DNA of 64,000 nucleotides from Octopus vulgaris (lineage: Eukaryota). Made by a program: the position numbers and the translations under genes. The stretch spans positions 170,872,001 to 170,936,000 of the forward strand of contig OX597815.1 of the NCBI GenBank assembly GCA_951406725.2. The letters run 5' to 3'. Below, one piece after another: positions 1 to 13,792 of this stretch (the stretch's first letter is position 1; every line of letters begins with the position of its first letter). The notes beneath the pieces are model-generated. The model ran no database searches, was not told where the DNA came from, and was given only the letters and a program-made list of their open reading frames with translations.

Positions 1-240
1 TAATGTTTTTTTTCGCTCTTGTTTTCGTATACATTCGCTGCTTTCTTCCAAGGACTCTAATGCTCTTAGCTTAGTTTTTTCCTTGGGGCTGGCCAGACTG
101 GAGCAATCTCGAGTATAACCAGCCGAAATTGCAAAGATGACCCGTACTTGTTTTCTTTGTATCATCTATCTGGATGTTTTGTTATCCATTTTTTGTATCA
201 CCTAACTGTCCGGATGTTTTGCTTTATTGTCCCATTTTGT
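1..240. repeat. Interspersed repeat fragment, related in inverted orientation to 56342-56520
   Basis: TAATGCTCTTAGCTTAG, GATGACCCGT and TATCTGGATGTTTT-like blocks match the reverse complement of 56342-56520. Confidence 0.6.
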
Positions 241-269
241 ATTATATATATATATGACGTACCCAGTAA

Positions 270-960
270 TTCCTGTGAAAGCGGGACTTATCCATTGGTT
301 CTGTTCTCATAATTGTATTGCTAATCCAATAGCAACATTACAAAATATGTAGCCCTTAAAACGGTTTTTGTGTATTTACAGAGAATACTGAACTGTCTTA
401 CACAGGATCTTGATTTTAGGATTTCCCAATAAGTTATGAATGCGCAAATTGTAAAGTCATTTATGTAATACCATGAAATTAGTTACCCGATAGTAAAAAT
501 TCAAATAAAGTAGCACAGAAAAAGGGCTTTAATGGGTTCCCAGAGTATATAGAACATAGGAGGAAATATTAATAATAATGTATGTATACTAAAATTGTGA
601 AGCATGTTACGTAATAACAGTCTAATCAGATATGAGATAATAGCAATTCAAAGTAAGTAACTCTGAAAAGGACTTTTGTGCGTTCTCAGAGAATATTACC
701 CCCATGGGCGCTAGTTTTGGTATATTCGTGAATAAGTCACTGACCGAAATAAGTGGATCTATTGTTTAGGAAAATACTATTTACTTGCTTAAGGGTTGTA
801 ATGGATAAATCGCGAAAATAACTCTAACAATTCAAATACTGTGAAATAAGCATACTCAGTTTTATTTATACCAAATAAATCAGGAAAATGAATGGGTTAT
901 TTTTCTTGGCTATATATAAGGATCCTTTCCAGGGGTGAATGGGTTATTTCTCTTGGCTGT
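270..960 (-). mobile_element. Highly decayed Penelope-like RT remnant
   Basis: Minus-strand peptides VSDLFTNIP (about 744-719; cf. PLE DVxSLFTNIP) and GNPLKP (about 541-524; cf. MGSPLSP) occur in the expected order. There is no intact ORF. Confidence 0.45.
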
Positions 961-974
961 TAAAATAAAATATA

Positions 975-1495
975 CCGTAAATCATCGAGTATAATCCGCA
1001 TTTTTTCCCAAAATTTAGAGGTCAAAATCCCTAGTGCGTACTATATACAAGGTTAAAAATGAAAAATATTTTCTAAGGAATGTCCGAGTCTCTATTTGCT
1101 GTCCAGCAATGTTTATTCAGACGCATTCTGTGATATCGGGCGCGAAAATACCTTCAGCTAAGCCTGAAAGCAATGAAGTCATAAAAGAATCATCCATAAC
1201 TTGCAGTAAGCAACATTTATTAAAATAAAAGCATTCAGAACACAGAATAACATGTAACAAAAACAATTTGCAAATATATTTACATTCCCATATAACAGTT
1301 AAGAACATCACCATTATTGTAATACCCATACGCGGAAGTGTTTGTTCGACTAGGTGCTGCTGGCTTAATTACGCACGATTCAAGTTAGAGAAGGGATGCG
1401 TATTATACACAAGGTTTAGGTTTTTCAGAGGTACAGCCTCCTAAAAATCCCCTGCGTATTATACACAAGGGCGGACTATACTCGAAGATTTACGG
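975..1495. mobile_element. Tc1/mariner-superfamily (pogo/Tc2-like) MITE
   Basis: 25-bp TIRs CCGTAAATC(A/T)TCGAGTATA(A/G)TCCGC at 975-999 and 1471-1495 (2 mismatches), flanked by TA on both sides. The motif TGCGTA(C/T)TATA(C/T)ACAAGG is repeated at about 1035, 1397 and 1453. Confidence 0.85.
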
Positions 1496-1968
1496 TATTA
1501 GATATATGTAAAGATCTCTTCCAGGGGCCCTGTCGCCGATTTTTTTCAACAATCTGAGTATGCCATGAGGTTTCCAGACACGAGTTCTCCTCACGTGTCA
1601 AGTTCATCAAAATCGATAAAACGATGCAGGAGGAGTTAGCCAACAACTCCACAAACACTCCCACAGCCAGAACTTCCCACATATGTAGTAGATATGTTAT
1701 ATATATATTAGAAGAAATGAGGTACTCAGAAATTCGGATGGTTTTATATTTACAGATATTTATTTGTATATTTCATGTCTTTATACACCATATAACTTAG
1801 ATCATGTATTAGCGCTTTCTCCCATTCTAGTGGGGTTTTCAAATGGAACTAAGTTCGTGTGTAAAAAGTTTTGACCATTTTATAGTGTTATTGAATGTGT
1901 AGTGGTGGGAGGGATATAAGACAGTACAATAGGGTGATGGATGAGGAGAATATATATATATATACTAA

Positions 1969-2024
<56 letters not shown>

Positions 2025-2029
2025 GTATA

Positions 2030-2061
<32 letters not shown>

Positions 2062-2109
2062 CACATATATATACATATATATATATACAGAGAGAGAGAG
2101 GAGAGGGAG

Positions 2110-2179
<70 letters not shown>

Positions 2180-2526
2180 GTAGGTAGACGTTTAGTCGTA
2201 AGGGGGAAATGATCGTTGCAGATGTGTTCTCGTTATCGGTAATCACCTATTTGTTTTGTACTGCTGACTATACAGCCTCAATACAGTTGATGTACACGAA
2301 AACTGTCAAGTTATGTCCATTAACAGCTTTCTTAGTGCTAGAAATACTCAATACGAAATGTCAAAATTTCTATTTAATCTTTTCTGCTCAGGAAGAATTC
2401 TCAGGCAAACATTAATCTGAAGATAATTGACTCAGATGGATGAATGCAATGCGGCGTAGTTAAACAGCATTAAGACGTAGCTTAATAGAAAACATAGATA
2501 CAGTCATTCATTCATTTATTCAATTA

Positions 2527-2653
<127 letters not shown>

Positions 2654-2660
2654 TTATCTA

Positions 2661-2730
<70 letters not shown>

Positions 2731-2731
2731 G

Positions 2732-2789
<58 letters not shown>

Positions 2790-3703
2790 CTATCTATCTG
2801 TCTGTCTATCTATCTATATCTCCCTTTCTCTTTGTATATAAAGAAAAAGATAGAGAGAGAAATAGAGAGAAATGGAGAGAGACAGAGAGAGAAATAATTG
2901 TATATATGTATGCATACACACATCCACACATATTTATTTATGTATAAATGTATGTTTACATATGCATAGTCCATGGTATAACAATAACTACATCACAGGC
3001 AAGCACACACATTTAAATATATCAAACCAATAGATAGATAGGCAGATATCAGCTCTGCAATCATAGAACACATGATGTTTAAAGATAGATGGGTTATAAG
3101 ATGATGAGAGATAACTGATGGGAGCGAGTAGGAAGGGGTAGCGGCGTGTTCTGTAATAAATACAGGTGAATTTCAAAACACTGTCTATTTTGAAATAAAC
3201 ACAAAACCAGTAATCTCTAGTCGTGTGCGTTTGAAGGTTTACCGAAATAAATCTATATTGACTGGTATGTTCTTATCGTTTTTTGGCGATATATTTTTTT
3301 TCATCAATAATTTTTTTTTTTTTGCATCTTGGCTTAAATGCTGGGCTTTTGAGGATGTAATCGTCTTAAATCACCCAGCTAAGAGACACCATTTCCCCCC
3401 TTCCTCTCTTCTTGTTTTATTTCCTTTTTTTTTCATGCGAATTTGCATATTTATGTATGTCTACAGGTCTGTGTGCAAGATCGAGTGTATTTGTGCATGT
3501 TTGTGTGAAAGTCTCGATAATATTTATTTTGGCCTACAACAGGCAGTATTTCTTCTTAAATTTTTGCATTTCGCCCATAGTAAACAACATTTTCCCAAGT
3601 TCATTGATTTTCATGATTGAATTTTAAATCTCAGCTTGGACTTCTAAGATTTAAAGATTTAAGACATTTGCAGCACACACACACACATGACTATATATAT
3701 ACA

Positions 3704-3739
<36 letters not shown>

Positions 3740-4284
3740 TACATGTATGTGTGTATCTACCCATATAGCTGGCTGGCTAGTTAGCTATACATACATACGT
3801 ACATACATACACATACATACATACATACATACATACATACATACATACATACATACATACATACATACATACATACATACATACATACATACATACATAC
3901 ATAAAATGCATACATACAGAAATACCCTATTGATGTTGAACATATATATATGTATGTATATAACACTTATTAGACACTTAGTACTTATTAGACTCATGAA
4001 ATGATTGAATCAGGTGACAGTTTGAATGATAATTTATCTATGCGTTGCCCTACATAATTCGTTATTTCAGTATGAAAAGGAGAATTGTCAACAAGGTTGT
4101 CTAACCAACTATAGAACGTTTATATTCCTCTGCAATGCTATTTCGATGTAGGGCATGATATAACGAAATTATATATATAAATTATTGAAATTACATTGAG
4201 CAAATGAGAAATAGGACAATAACGTTTTGAATTTACCGAGATTGAAAGCACGTTCATGTCGTTTATAAATCAATATATATATGT

Positions 4285-4315
<31 letters not shown>

Positions 4316-5256
4316 CTCACACACACACACACACACACATAAATACACACTTAGCCGACGGTTGCGTTTTTGCTCATTGTTTTAGGTACATATGCATCAA
4401 TGACATAGTTACAGCGTATGCCACCCGGAACATCCCTTGATTTTTGTTTTCCGGGCCCCCAAACCGATACAGGCTCATACAGTAACCACAAAGTGTTACA
4501 CCACCTTAAAAGTGCCGCCTGAAGTACCTCGGCACCTACCGTCGACGTACCCCTATTAGCTACGCTACTGCGAAGTGGTTGGCAGCAGACAGACACACTT
4601 GCGATGTGGTTGGCAGCAGGCAGACACACCTTCCCTAGCACCGGGATGCTACTCATTACAGCGAAATAGACTGGGCCAACGTGAAATGAAGTATCTAGCT
4701 CAGAAAGACAGTACACCACCTTGTCCTGGTCTTGGAACCAAGATCTTTTGACGAGTCCGGCACCTGAACAACTAGACCATGTCACTTATCTCAGCGGGAA
4801 AACGAATGTACGTTCGAAAGTTAACTTCCCTCTCTCGTGTCTGTATTTAACAGGGTTAATCATTCTTTAACTGAATGCGCCAATAATGAATTATAAAACA
4901 TGATTTAGAAATATTCAATTGAATTTAAGTTATATATAGAGTTATTTAATAGACAATTTTTTGTGTATTTTCTCACTGGGGCCCGACTATAACATCGTAA
5001 TGTTGTTTAACTATTCATCATTGAAGACTAATGAGATGACTAAACGATACAGAAGATTGGGCATTCAACGACCACTCCTGTCCACTAAAAACTACCGTTG
5101 GTTGGTTGTAAAGAGCGCAGAAGATTAGAAAAGAATAATAAGTGTAACACTTGTTTATAGCCAGCAGAACAGCATTAAGATTGTTAATAACAAATTTGAG
5201 AAATTCTGATTAAATGCTGCATCGCTTCGATAAAAACATTGGTTAATATTGAAATA

Positions 5257-5646
5257 CTAGCAGTATTGCCCGGCGTTGCTCGGGTTTGTTTCGACCCTTT
5301 AGAATTGGAATTTTTGAAAAGTAAAAATTTTGCATTATGTAGCTTGTTATTCTCTTTAAGTGAACATTTTACTGGTTGAAATACACCGAAAAATGGCGAC
5401 ACAGCAGTCAAAAAATCGTTAAAAATAGGGATTTTCATAGAAAAAAAAGCACCTTTTTGACGTAAATAATTTTTGGTGTTAACATGGTCCGATTTGACTT
5501 TTTTCTTCTACGGAAGGAAGAGCAAGCATTCTGTCATACTCTCAATTTTGGTCAACTTGCGCCGCAGGGTCTCGGAGGAGATAGTGTTAGTTGAAGGCTA
5601 CCAAACCTGCCATACACAGACAACTTCAGCTTTATATATATATAGA
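5257..5646 (-). mobile_element. Non-autonomous Helitron (390 bp)
   Basis: The minus strand starts TC(TATATA...) at 5646 and ends CTAG at 5257. A GC hairpin CCCGAGCAACGCCGGG (5284-5269) sits about 12 nt before the end, and the element lies between A and T with no TSD. These are canonical Helitron hallmarks. Confidence 0.85.
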
Positions 5647-5980
5647 TTTCCTTTAATCCAATAACAGATTAAGTATAGAATATATTTTGGATTTCGAAGT
5701 TTAGAAATTGCAGAATCCTATACTGGAAGAAAATCCGATCAAGCACAAAACGTCTACTGGAAAATAGATGAAAACAGAGAAATTAAACCAGTTATCAACA
5801 TAGTTCTCTTCTGCAAATAATGTAATAGTATATAAATGCTTAACTGATTTATATGTGTTTATCGACTTTAATAAATGATACTAAAATAGCTAATACATTT
5901 GTGTGGACTCCCCAAATACTCTGTCAAATGCTCTCGTTAATGCATAACTCAAGCGTTAATGCCGACTCAAAAACGGTTTG

Positions 5981-6066
<86 letters not shown>

Positions 6067-7420
6067 GTATGGGCGTGTGTGTATGTGTGTGTATCAGTGT
6101 GTATGCATGTGTTTGTGTGTGTGTACGCGCGCACGTGTGTGTTAGATCTATGCATGTGTGTGTGTTTGTGTGTGTGTGCTTACGTGTGTGTGTGCTTACG
6201 TGTGTGCGTGTGTGTGTGCGTGTGAGTGTGTATGCATATGCATGTGTGTATGTGTGTGTGCGCGCGTGAGTGTGTATGCATGTGCGCGTGTGTGTGTGTT
6301 TACGTGTGTGTGTGTGTGCGTGCGTCTGTGTGCGTGCGTGTGTGGGTATGTGTGTGTGTGTGCGTGTGTACGTGCGTGTGCGTGTGTGTGTGTGCTGCGT
6401 GCTTGCGTTTCCGTGTGTGGACGTTTGCTGTCTAGATGTGAATCGAGTTAAGCGTGTCGTTTGAAAATATCTTTAGCAATAAAGAATGAAAATTGTTGAA
6501 TCGACTACTTTCAATAATTTTTATTGTTGATACCCATTAAAAGAACCAAGAACCATTGAGATGAAAGCGCATATCATACAAATAACCTGCTATTAACTGA
6601 AATGGAATTTGGAGAAGTAAAAGAACAAGAGAATAGAGAGGCTTTTGTTGAACGTCGATACCATGTGACCTGACGTTTCGTAGAGGTTTATTTATTTGTT
6701 CATTTATTCATATTACGTTTCTGGTTTATTTTATTAATCTGCTTGTGAGTGTGCTTCTATTATTTCGTATTTAGGATCAAAATAATTTGTGTCCGTTACA
6801 TTTAACGTTTATGATCAATAGCAATTTAAAATGCGAAGTCGTTTGCTTATGCATTATGGTGGTGTCCATAACATGTTTGGGTTTATATCTCATACATGTA
6901 CTACCTGACAAAAAGAGAGCCATTTTTATAATGTTATTTGTGTTGTACGATGTTTGTTTCGCTAGATTTTCACAATAACACCATTAACTGCCAAATTTTT
7001 TTTATTCACATTTTTTTACTTTGCTAGGTGTCTTAGGAATTAAAATAATATATAATACTTAAATTTTCTTCATATGTGAATTATTTCGGAAATTATAAAT
7101 TTTCCGAAAAGTCCAAAATGGGGATCACTTGACTTGTTCTCACATTCAGCCTGGCTGGCTCAAGTAATGCGAAATTATGTGCCTTGCTCAAGGACGCAAC
7201 ACATCGCTCACTCTAGGAATCAAAAGTATGATTTTATGATGAGGAGCTGAACACTTTAACCATTAGGCTACGCGCCTTTAAATACACACACACGCACGCA
7301 CACACGCACAGACACACACACACACACCACAGATATACACATTCAGGCACATTCATACTTTATATATATACAATTAAATGTATATATACATACATATCTA
7401 TCAATCTATCTATCATCTAA

Positions 7421-7456
<36 letters not shown>

Positions 7457-7862
7457 GTATGTATATTTTCATATATACATGCATGCAACATACGCATAGA
7501 AACGTACGTACATACATAGTTATATGACTATATATTGTTTTTTTTTCTTTTTAGATTCAATATGAACAGAGTTTATTTTTTCATGTAGACAGACTACATC
7601 TGATAACTATTAATAAATAAGATGTCGTCGCGGATTAAGAAGATACATCAATGTTACATCAATAAATTAATTATACGAAAACATACTTTCCATTCAATCG
7701 TACTTGGTTGGTAATTTGCAAGTATTTGAAGTACACAAATTAGCAGTTAATATGGCGCATCTATCAAAAACCAAACTTCAAAGCAAATCTAGCAAAGTTC
7801 TTAGCATTGATAAAATAGAACTAATTTTGTTTGCACGAAATTACTGATTCGAGTGAGTGTCT

Positions 7863-7954
<92 letters not shown>

Positions 7955-8164
7955 ATCTGTGTGTGCGTGTGCATGTGCATATATGTGTGTATATGCATAT
8001 TTATACATATATACATTGAGAGGGAGAAAAAAAAACAAGTGAGAGACCGATAGGTATCTGTATATATGTATATGTATGCATATATATATATATATATATA
8101 TATACGTTTATACATATGTTTATACACATACACGCACAAACACATATGTGCATATATATGTATA

Positions 8165-8228
<64 letters not shown>

Positions 8229-8510
8229 CATATATATATATACATCCGCATGCTTCTATGTGTGTATTAATTATTAGCACGCGAGTTGTTGGATAATTTG
8301 AAGAGTAAGTTATGTAGTTTTTTTAATGCGTGTAGAAATTTAGATTCGTTGTGGAAGAAAATTGAAACGACATTCCTACAAATTCTTTCTTTCCGTTGGC
8401 AGAATAAAACTGTAATAGACGTAGTTTGCTTAAAAGTTTACAAGAGAAAGTTTATCCAAAAACTCCACACATTAAATTAACCTCTTACATCAAATTATAG
8501 TATTAGAACG

Positions 8511-8902
8511 TGGAGGCGCAATGGTCCAGTGGTTAGGGCAGCGGACTCGCGGTCATAGGATCGCAGTTTCGATTCCCAGACCGGGCATTTTGAGTGTTTA
8601 TTGAGCGAAAACACCTAAAAGCTCCACGAGGCTCCGGCAGGGGATGGTGGTGATCCCTGCTGTACTCTTTCATCACAAATTTCTCTCACTCTTACTTCCT
8701 GTTCCTGTTTCTGTTGTACCTGTATTTCAAGGGGCCGGCCTTGTCACCCTCTGTGTCACGCTGAATATCCCCGAAAACTACGTTAAGGGTGCACGTGTCT
8801 GTGGAGTGCTCAGCCACTTACACGTTAATTTCACGAGCAGGCTGTTCCGTTGATTCGGATCAACCGGAACCCTCATCGTCGTAACCGACGGAGTGCTTCC
8901 CC
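8511..8902 (+). mobile_element. Full-length tRNA-derived SINE with 12-bp TSD
   Basis: A-box-like TGGTCCAGTGG and B-box-like GTTTCGATTCC. AGTATTAGAACG is duplicated at 8499-8510 and 8903-8914. Confidence 0.88.
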
Positions 8903-9521
8903 AGTATTAGAACGCATCAGTTCACTTTGAATATCGGATCAGTTCATTTTGCATATTAGTACTCTACATTTGATAATTTGAAAGGTACAGTAAGCCATTT
9001 CCTTCTATATTAAATATAGAAGTTAACCACGTTGTGGTAAGGATGAAAAATGGGAATGGTAACACAATAGGTTCAGTTAACTCTGTTGGTAGAAAATTTT
9101 GATTCGATCATATTAGTTTCTGGTTTTGTTTGACCGTCATCAGAGAAAGACCATGGAGAGATTAGCAGTATAGAATTATTTACAGTGTATACAAATTATG
9201 ATTTAGAGAAGCAGGTGTGTTTACTTGTATAACAATGCATGCACTGACAATGAAGATTAATTCAGTTATTCGTAGTGTAAGACGTAGTATTATTTGATAA
9301 ATTAGAATATATCAACGTTAATTTTAGATAAAAATTGCTGCTGAGATTTTCAGTATACACCGCAGACCTTATCATTGTTAGTGCTAAAAACCAATATGTC
9401 TATCAGACTAGAATCAAGACTTCAACTTTCATCAAGGAATGATTACACATTTATTTTTTTTATCCATTGGGAGATTTATATATCTTCACTCGGTCTACAA
9501 ACTACAACTGAACTACAACTC

Positions 9522-9573
<52 letters not shown>

Positions 9574-9765
9574 GTACAGATTACAACGTATCGAAAACAA
9601 ATCATTTTCATTGACAGTGGTAAGAATTTATCAGAAATATACAGCTACACACAACATAAACATACACAAATAAATGTGTGTGTAAGTGTCTGTGTGTGAA
9701 CGCCCGCGTGCATATATATATGCACACGAGTACATACATATACGCATACATGTATTATCTTTGTA

Positions 9766-9843
<78 letters not shown>

Positions 9844-10134
9844 GTATTTATGTATGTATGTTTGTATTACTAGTGCTTTAACAGTATTTTGCTATATTGC
9901 ATAACAAAATATATCTATAGATTGTAAGCCAGATTTTAAAGATCTTTGAATTTATTTTTGTTTAGAGATATAATCAGCTTGTTATATACATTGTCTTTGT
10001 GGAGAGTAAAAAGAAATTATTAAATCTCAATATTATTTTGGAATCTCCTGTTGAACAGTTTGTATATACAATGTATTATTGTAGATAGTTTGATTAATTA
10101 ATTTCTGGTTCGTTCTGAGTGTTTTATTTCACTG

Positions 10135-10359
10135 CTGTACAAGAAACTATGATGACACTATGGAAGTCATTTATCCTCAGCCGACTGGACTACTGCTCTC
10201 ATCTATGGTTGCCTTATACTACAAGGACGATAGCAGAACTTAAAGCAGTCCAACGACATTACACAAAGAAAATTGCATCAATTGGAACGATTGAGCTACT
10301 GGGACAGGTTGAAAGAGCTGTGACTTTATTCCCTGGAACGAAGGCGTGAGAGGTATGCA

Positions 10360-10398
<39 letters not shown>

Positions 10399-10796
10399 AA
10401 GATACAGGAAGGACTGGTACCAAACTTTGGAATAAAGAGCTATACCAGACCACGAACTGGACGTCACTGTGCTGTCCCCACTGTGCCGACTGCTTCATCT
10501 CGGGCAAGGAAGATGTACTGCAATAGCTTGGGCTTCCAGGGCCCACAGTTGTTTAATTGTCTGCCGAAGCATCTGAGGAGCCTCCATGGAGTGGATGTAG
10601 ACGTTTTCAAACGTGAACTTAACCTCTGGCTCGCCGAGATCCCGGATGAGCCAATATCAAAGCAAGAAACTCAAAAGAAGACAGTAGCATCGAACTCCAT
10701 CCTCCACCAAATGTGGAAAGTGCAAAGATGATTACAACGGCGGTGCTCCAGCATGGCCACAGTCATTGGACTGAAACATAAAAGAATAAAAGAATA
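10135..10796 (+). mobile_element. 3' end of a CR1/L2-group LINE (RT C-terminus plus 3' tail)
   Basis: Translates to TLWKSFILSRLDYCSHLW...AVQRHYTKKI..., YSLERRRERY and GPQLFNCLPKHLR...DVFKRELN. It ends in a (TAAAAGAA)n tail, with frameshifts and an internal (TA)n. Confidence 0.8.
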
Positions 10797-10861
10797 TAAA
10801 TTTGTAATTTATAAAATGTTAGTGTTGTAAACTGTAACAACGTACGTACAGAACTAAAGAC

Positions 10862-11551
10862 AGGCACGGGAGTAGTTGTGTAGCTAAGAAGCTTGTTTCC
10901 CAGCTATGTGGCCTCGGGTTCAATCCCACTGCGTGGCATTTTGGGCAAGTAGCTTCTACTATAACCTCTGTTTAACCAAAAGCCTTGTGAATGGACATGG
11001 TAGAGGAGGAAATTGAAAGAAGCTTATTATATATACAAATGTATGTGTCCCATGCTGGTCTGTTTGCGTCCTCGTAACTTATATATCTATATATACACAC
11101 ATACATATATACATACATACATGCGTACATATACGCGCACACGCACACACACGTACACACGTACACACACGTCTTCAGGCGCATATATGGCAGCATAGTA
11201 AGGAGATTGCTTCCGCACCATATGATTCCGAGTTCAGTCCAACAGCGTGACACCTTGGGCAAGTGTCTTCTGATATAGCCTTTGTGTCTTCTACTATATA
11301 CGCAATTGATGGAGTCTTAAATGAAAATAGCTTCGCGTGTATCGTACTTAGTGCATATACACAGATATATATATAGACACACGCACATATATATATATAT
11401 TCACACACACACAAGTATATATAATATATACCTATACATATGCATATGTACACACACATACCCTCAAACAAACATACACACTACTATAGCCTCGGACCAA
11501 CCAAAGCCTTGTACATGGATTTGGTAGGCGGAAACTGAAAGAAGCCCATCG

Positions 11552-11620
<69 letters not shown>

Positions 11621-11880
11621 TTATATGTGTGTGTGTATTTATATGTGTGTGTCTTTGTCTCTGTGTTTTTCACCCATCCATCGGTTGACAGCGGATTTTG
11701 GTGTGTTTAAGTCCCCGTAACTTATCGGTTCGGCAACATTACCGATAGAATAATTGATAGGTAAGTACTAGGCTTACAAAATATGTACTGGGTCAATTTC
11801 TGTGACTAAAAACCCTCTAAGAGTGTGCTCTAGCATGGCCGCAGTCAAATGGCTGAAACAAGTATCAGAATAACAGAATA
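10862..11880 (+). mobile_element. Cluster of microsatellite-containing tRNA-derived SINE copies and fragments (dominant SINE family of the window)
   Basis: Heads with GGTTCAATCCCACTGCGTGGCA...GGGCAAGTGTCTTC at about 10862 and 11177, body GGAAACTGAAAGAAGCCC-(TA)n(TG)n, and tail CAGCATGGCCGCAGTCAAATG.CTGAAACAAGT. Confidence 0.8.
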
Positions 11881-11897
11881 CATATATATATATATAT

Positions 11898-12156
11898 TTA
11901 CTCTTTTACTCTTTTACTTGTTTCAGTCATTTGACTGCGGCCATGCTGGAGCACCGCCTTTAGTCGAGCAAATCGACCCCGGGACTTATTCTTTGTAAGC
12001 CCAGTACTTATTCTATCGATCTCTTTTGTCGAACCACTAAGGGACGGGGACGTAAACACACCAGCATCGGTTGTCAAGCAATGCTAGGGGGACAAACACA
12101 CACACACATACACATACATATATACATATATACGACAGGCTTCTTTCAGTTTCCGT
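11898..12156 (-). mobile_element. SINE (same family), inverted tail-to-tail with the preceding copy
   Basis: Reverse complement of the family body and tail (TTGTTTCAGTCATTTGACTGCGGCCATGCTGGAGCACCGCC...CTTCTTTCAGTTTCCG). Confidence 0.85.
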
Positions 12157-13003
12157 AAATATATATATATATATATATACATGCATGTATACATATATAT
12201 ATACATACATATACTTATATTATATACCTATATATGCACACACACACATACACAAACACACGCACAAACGTACGTGCGTGTGTATACGCGTTTAAAAAAA
12301 AAATATTCTTGTTGTCAGTCTTCATTTTTTTCCTCCTTTGTTTGGTTAATAGAAATGATATATAACATATTAAGTAAGACACTGGATTTTGCAGTATTTA
12401 GTTACACTGAATCATTCCCAAAACATATACAAAATCAGTAACCGTTATGTACGGGTAATTATTATATCAACTAAACAGCGAATAAATTTGCTGCCATCAT
12501 AAGAAATTTTTGTTCCTTCTTTTTATGGTGGTACGTGATATATGGCGATATATTAGCCTAATTAAGCTTTCGATTTGAAATAATACGTAATCTATAGGTA
12601 ATAATACGTTTCAGAAAAACTTTACACTACGATAACTGAACGATTCTATGTGTATTTAGCATAATCTATAGAAATGCAACAATAGCATATTAGCTGGAGA
12701 AAGAAAATCATTTTCAGGGGAGACAATCAGCAGAATTTTCACTGTAGTAGCGTCCCTCAAGTAGCGAATTCTTTCAGAAATAGCGTCTTAACTGAAGCTG
12801 TAAAATAAATATTTATTAATTTATTCATTCATTTATTCGTTTTATATTATTATTTCTTTTTTGTACAGGCTCTGTGGTATTTCTTCCGAAGTATTACGTT
12901 CAAAGTTTGTAATTCGAACGAGATCGTATTTACCTTTTGTCTTATTGGGCTCGATATTATCGACTAGCCCATCTCACCAACCAAAATGCCGTAAGCAGAA
13001 AGG

Positions 13004-13166
<163 letters not shown>

Positions 13167-13705
13167 TTCAGTAGTTTTATTTTTATAGCGTGCTTTCACT
13201 TCACTACCGAGCGCAGCTCTGTGTGCCTTAGGTATGTGCTGTGATTTGTTGTGATGCTCTGATGGTTATTGTATGGAAAGTGTTCTGCGTAGGATGTGTG
13301 CAGTGCCTAGTAGTGCAATTTTCTGTATGTTATGTGTGTTTGTAAGTCTTGGTGTTTTTGTTATGTATTTGTCTAAATATTTTTTTATCATGCCTAATGC
13401 ACCTACTATGATAGGAATTGTTTCTGTTTTTAGATTCCACATTCTGGTTACCTCTATTTCCAGGTCTTTGTATTTTGAAAGTTTCTCCATTTCTTTTAGA
13501 GACACGTTGTCATCTGCCGGTATTGATACATCAATTAGAAAGCATTTTTTTCTTCATGATCTCTGACAACCATATCTGGTCTGTTGGCCTTAATTTCTCT
13601 ATCTGTGTGTATCGGCATATCCCAGAGTATGGTTGCTTTCTCGTTTTCTGTGAGCTTTTCTGGTGTGTGCATATACCATCTTTTTTCTGTTGTTATTCCA
13701 TAATG

Positions 13706-13707
<2 letters not shown>
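13167..13707 (-). mobile_element. Short 5'-truncated R4/Dong-like LINE copy (REL endonuclease C-terminus plus 3' UTR)
   Basis: About 98% identical to 13788-14328. It encodes ...RPD...LIDVSIPADDNVSLKEMEKLSKYKDL...GALG...LGTAHILRRTL and is flanked by (TAA)n on both sides. Confidence 0.9.

Positions 13708-13787
<80 letters not shown>

Positions 13788-13792
<5 letters not shown>

Noticed and set aside
8511-8585. tRNA-like sequences here and at other SINE heads
   Set aside because: They continue into SINE bodies, one with a TSD, and lack a full cloverleaf. They are not tRNA genes.
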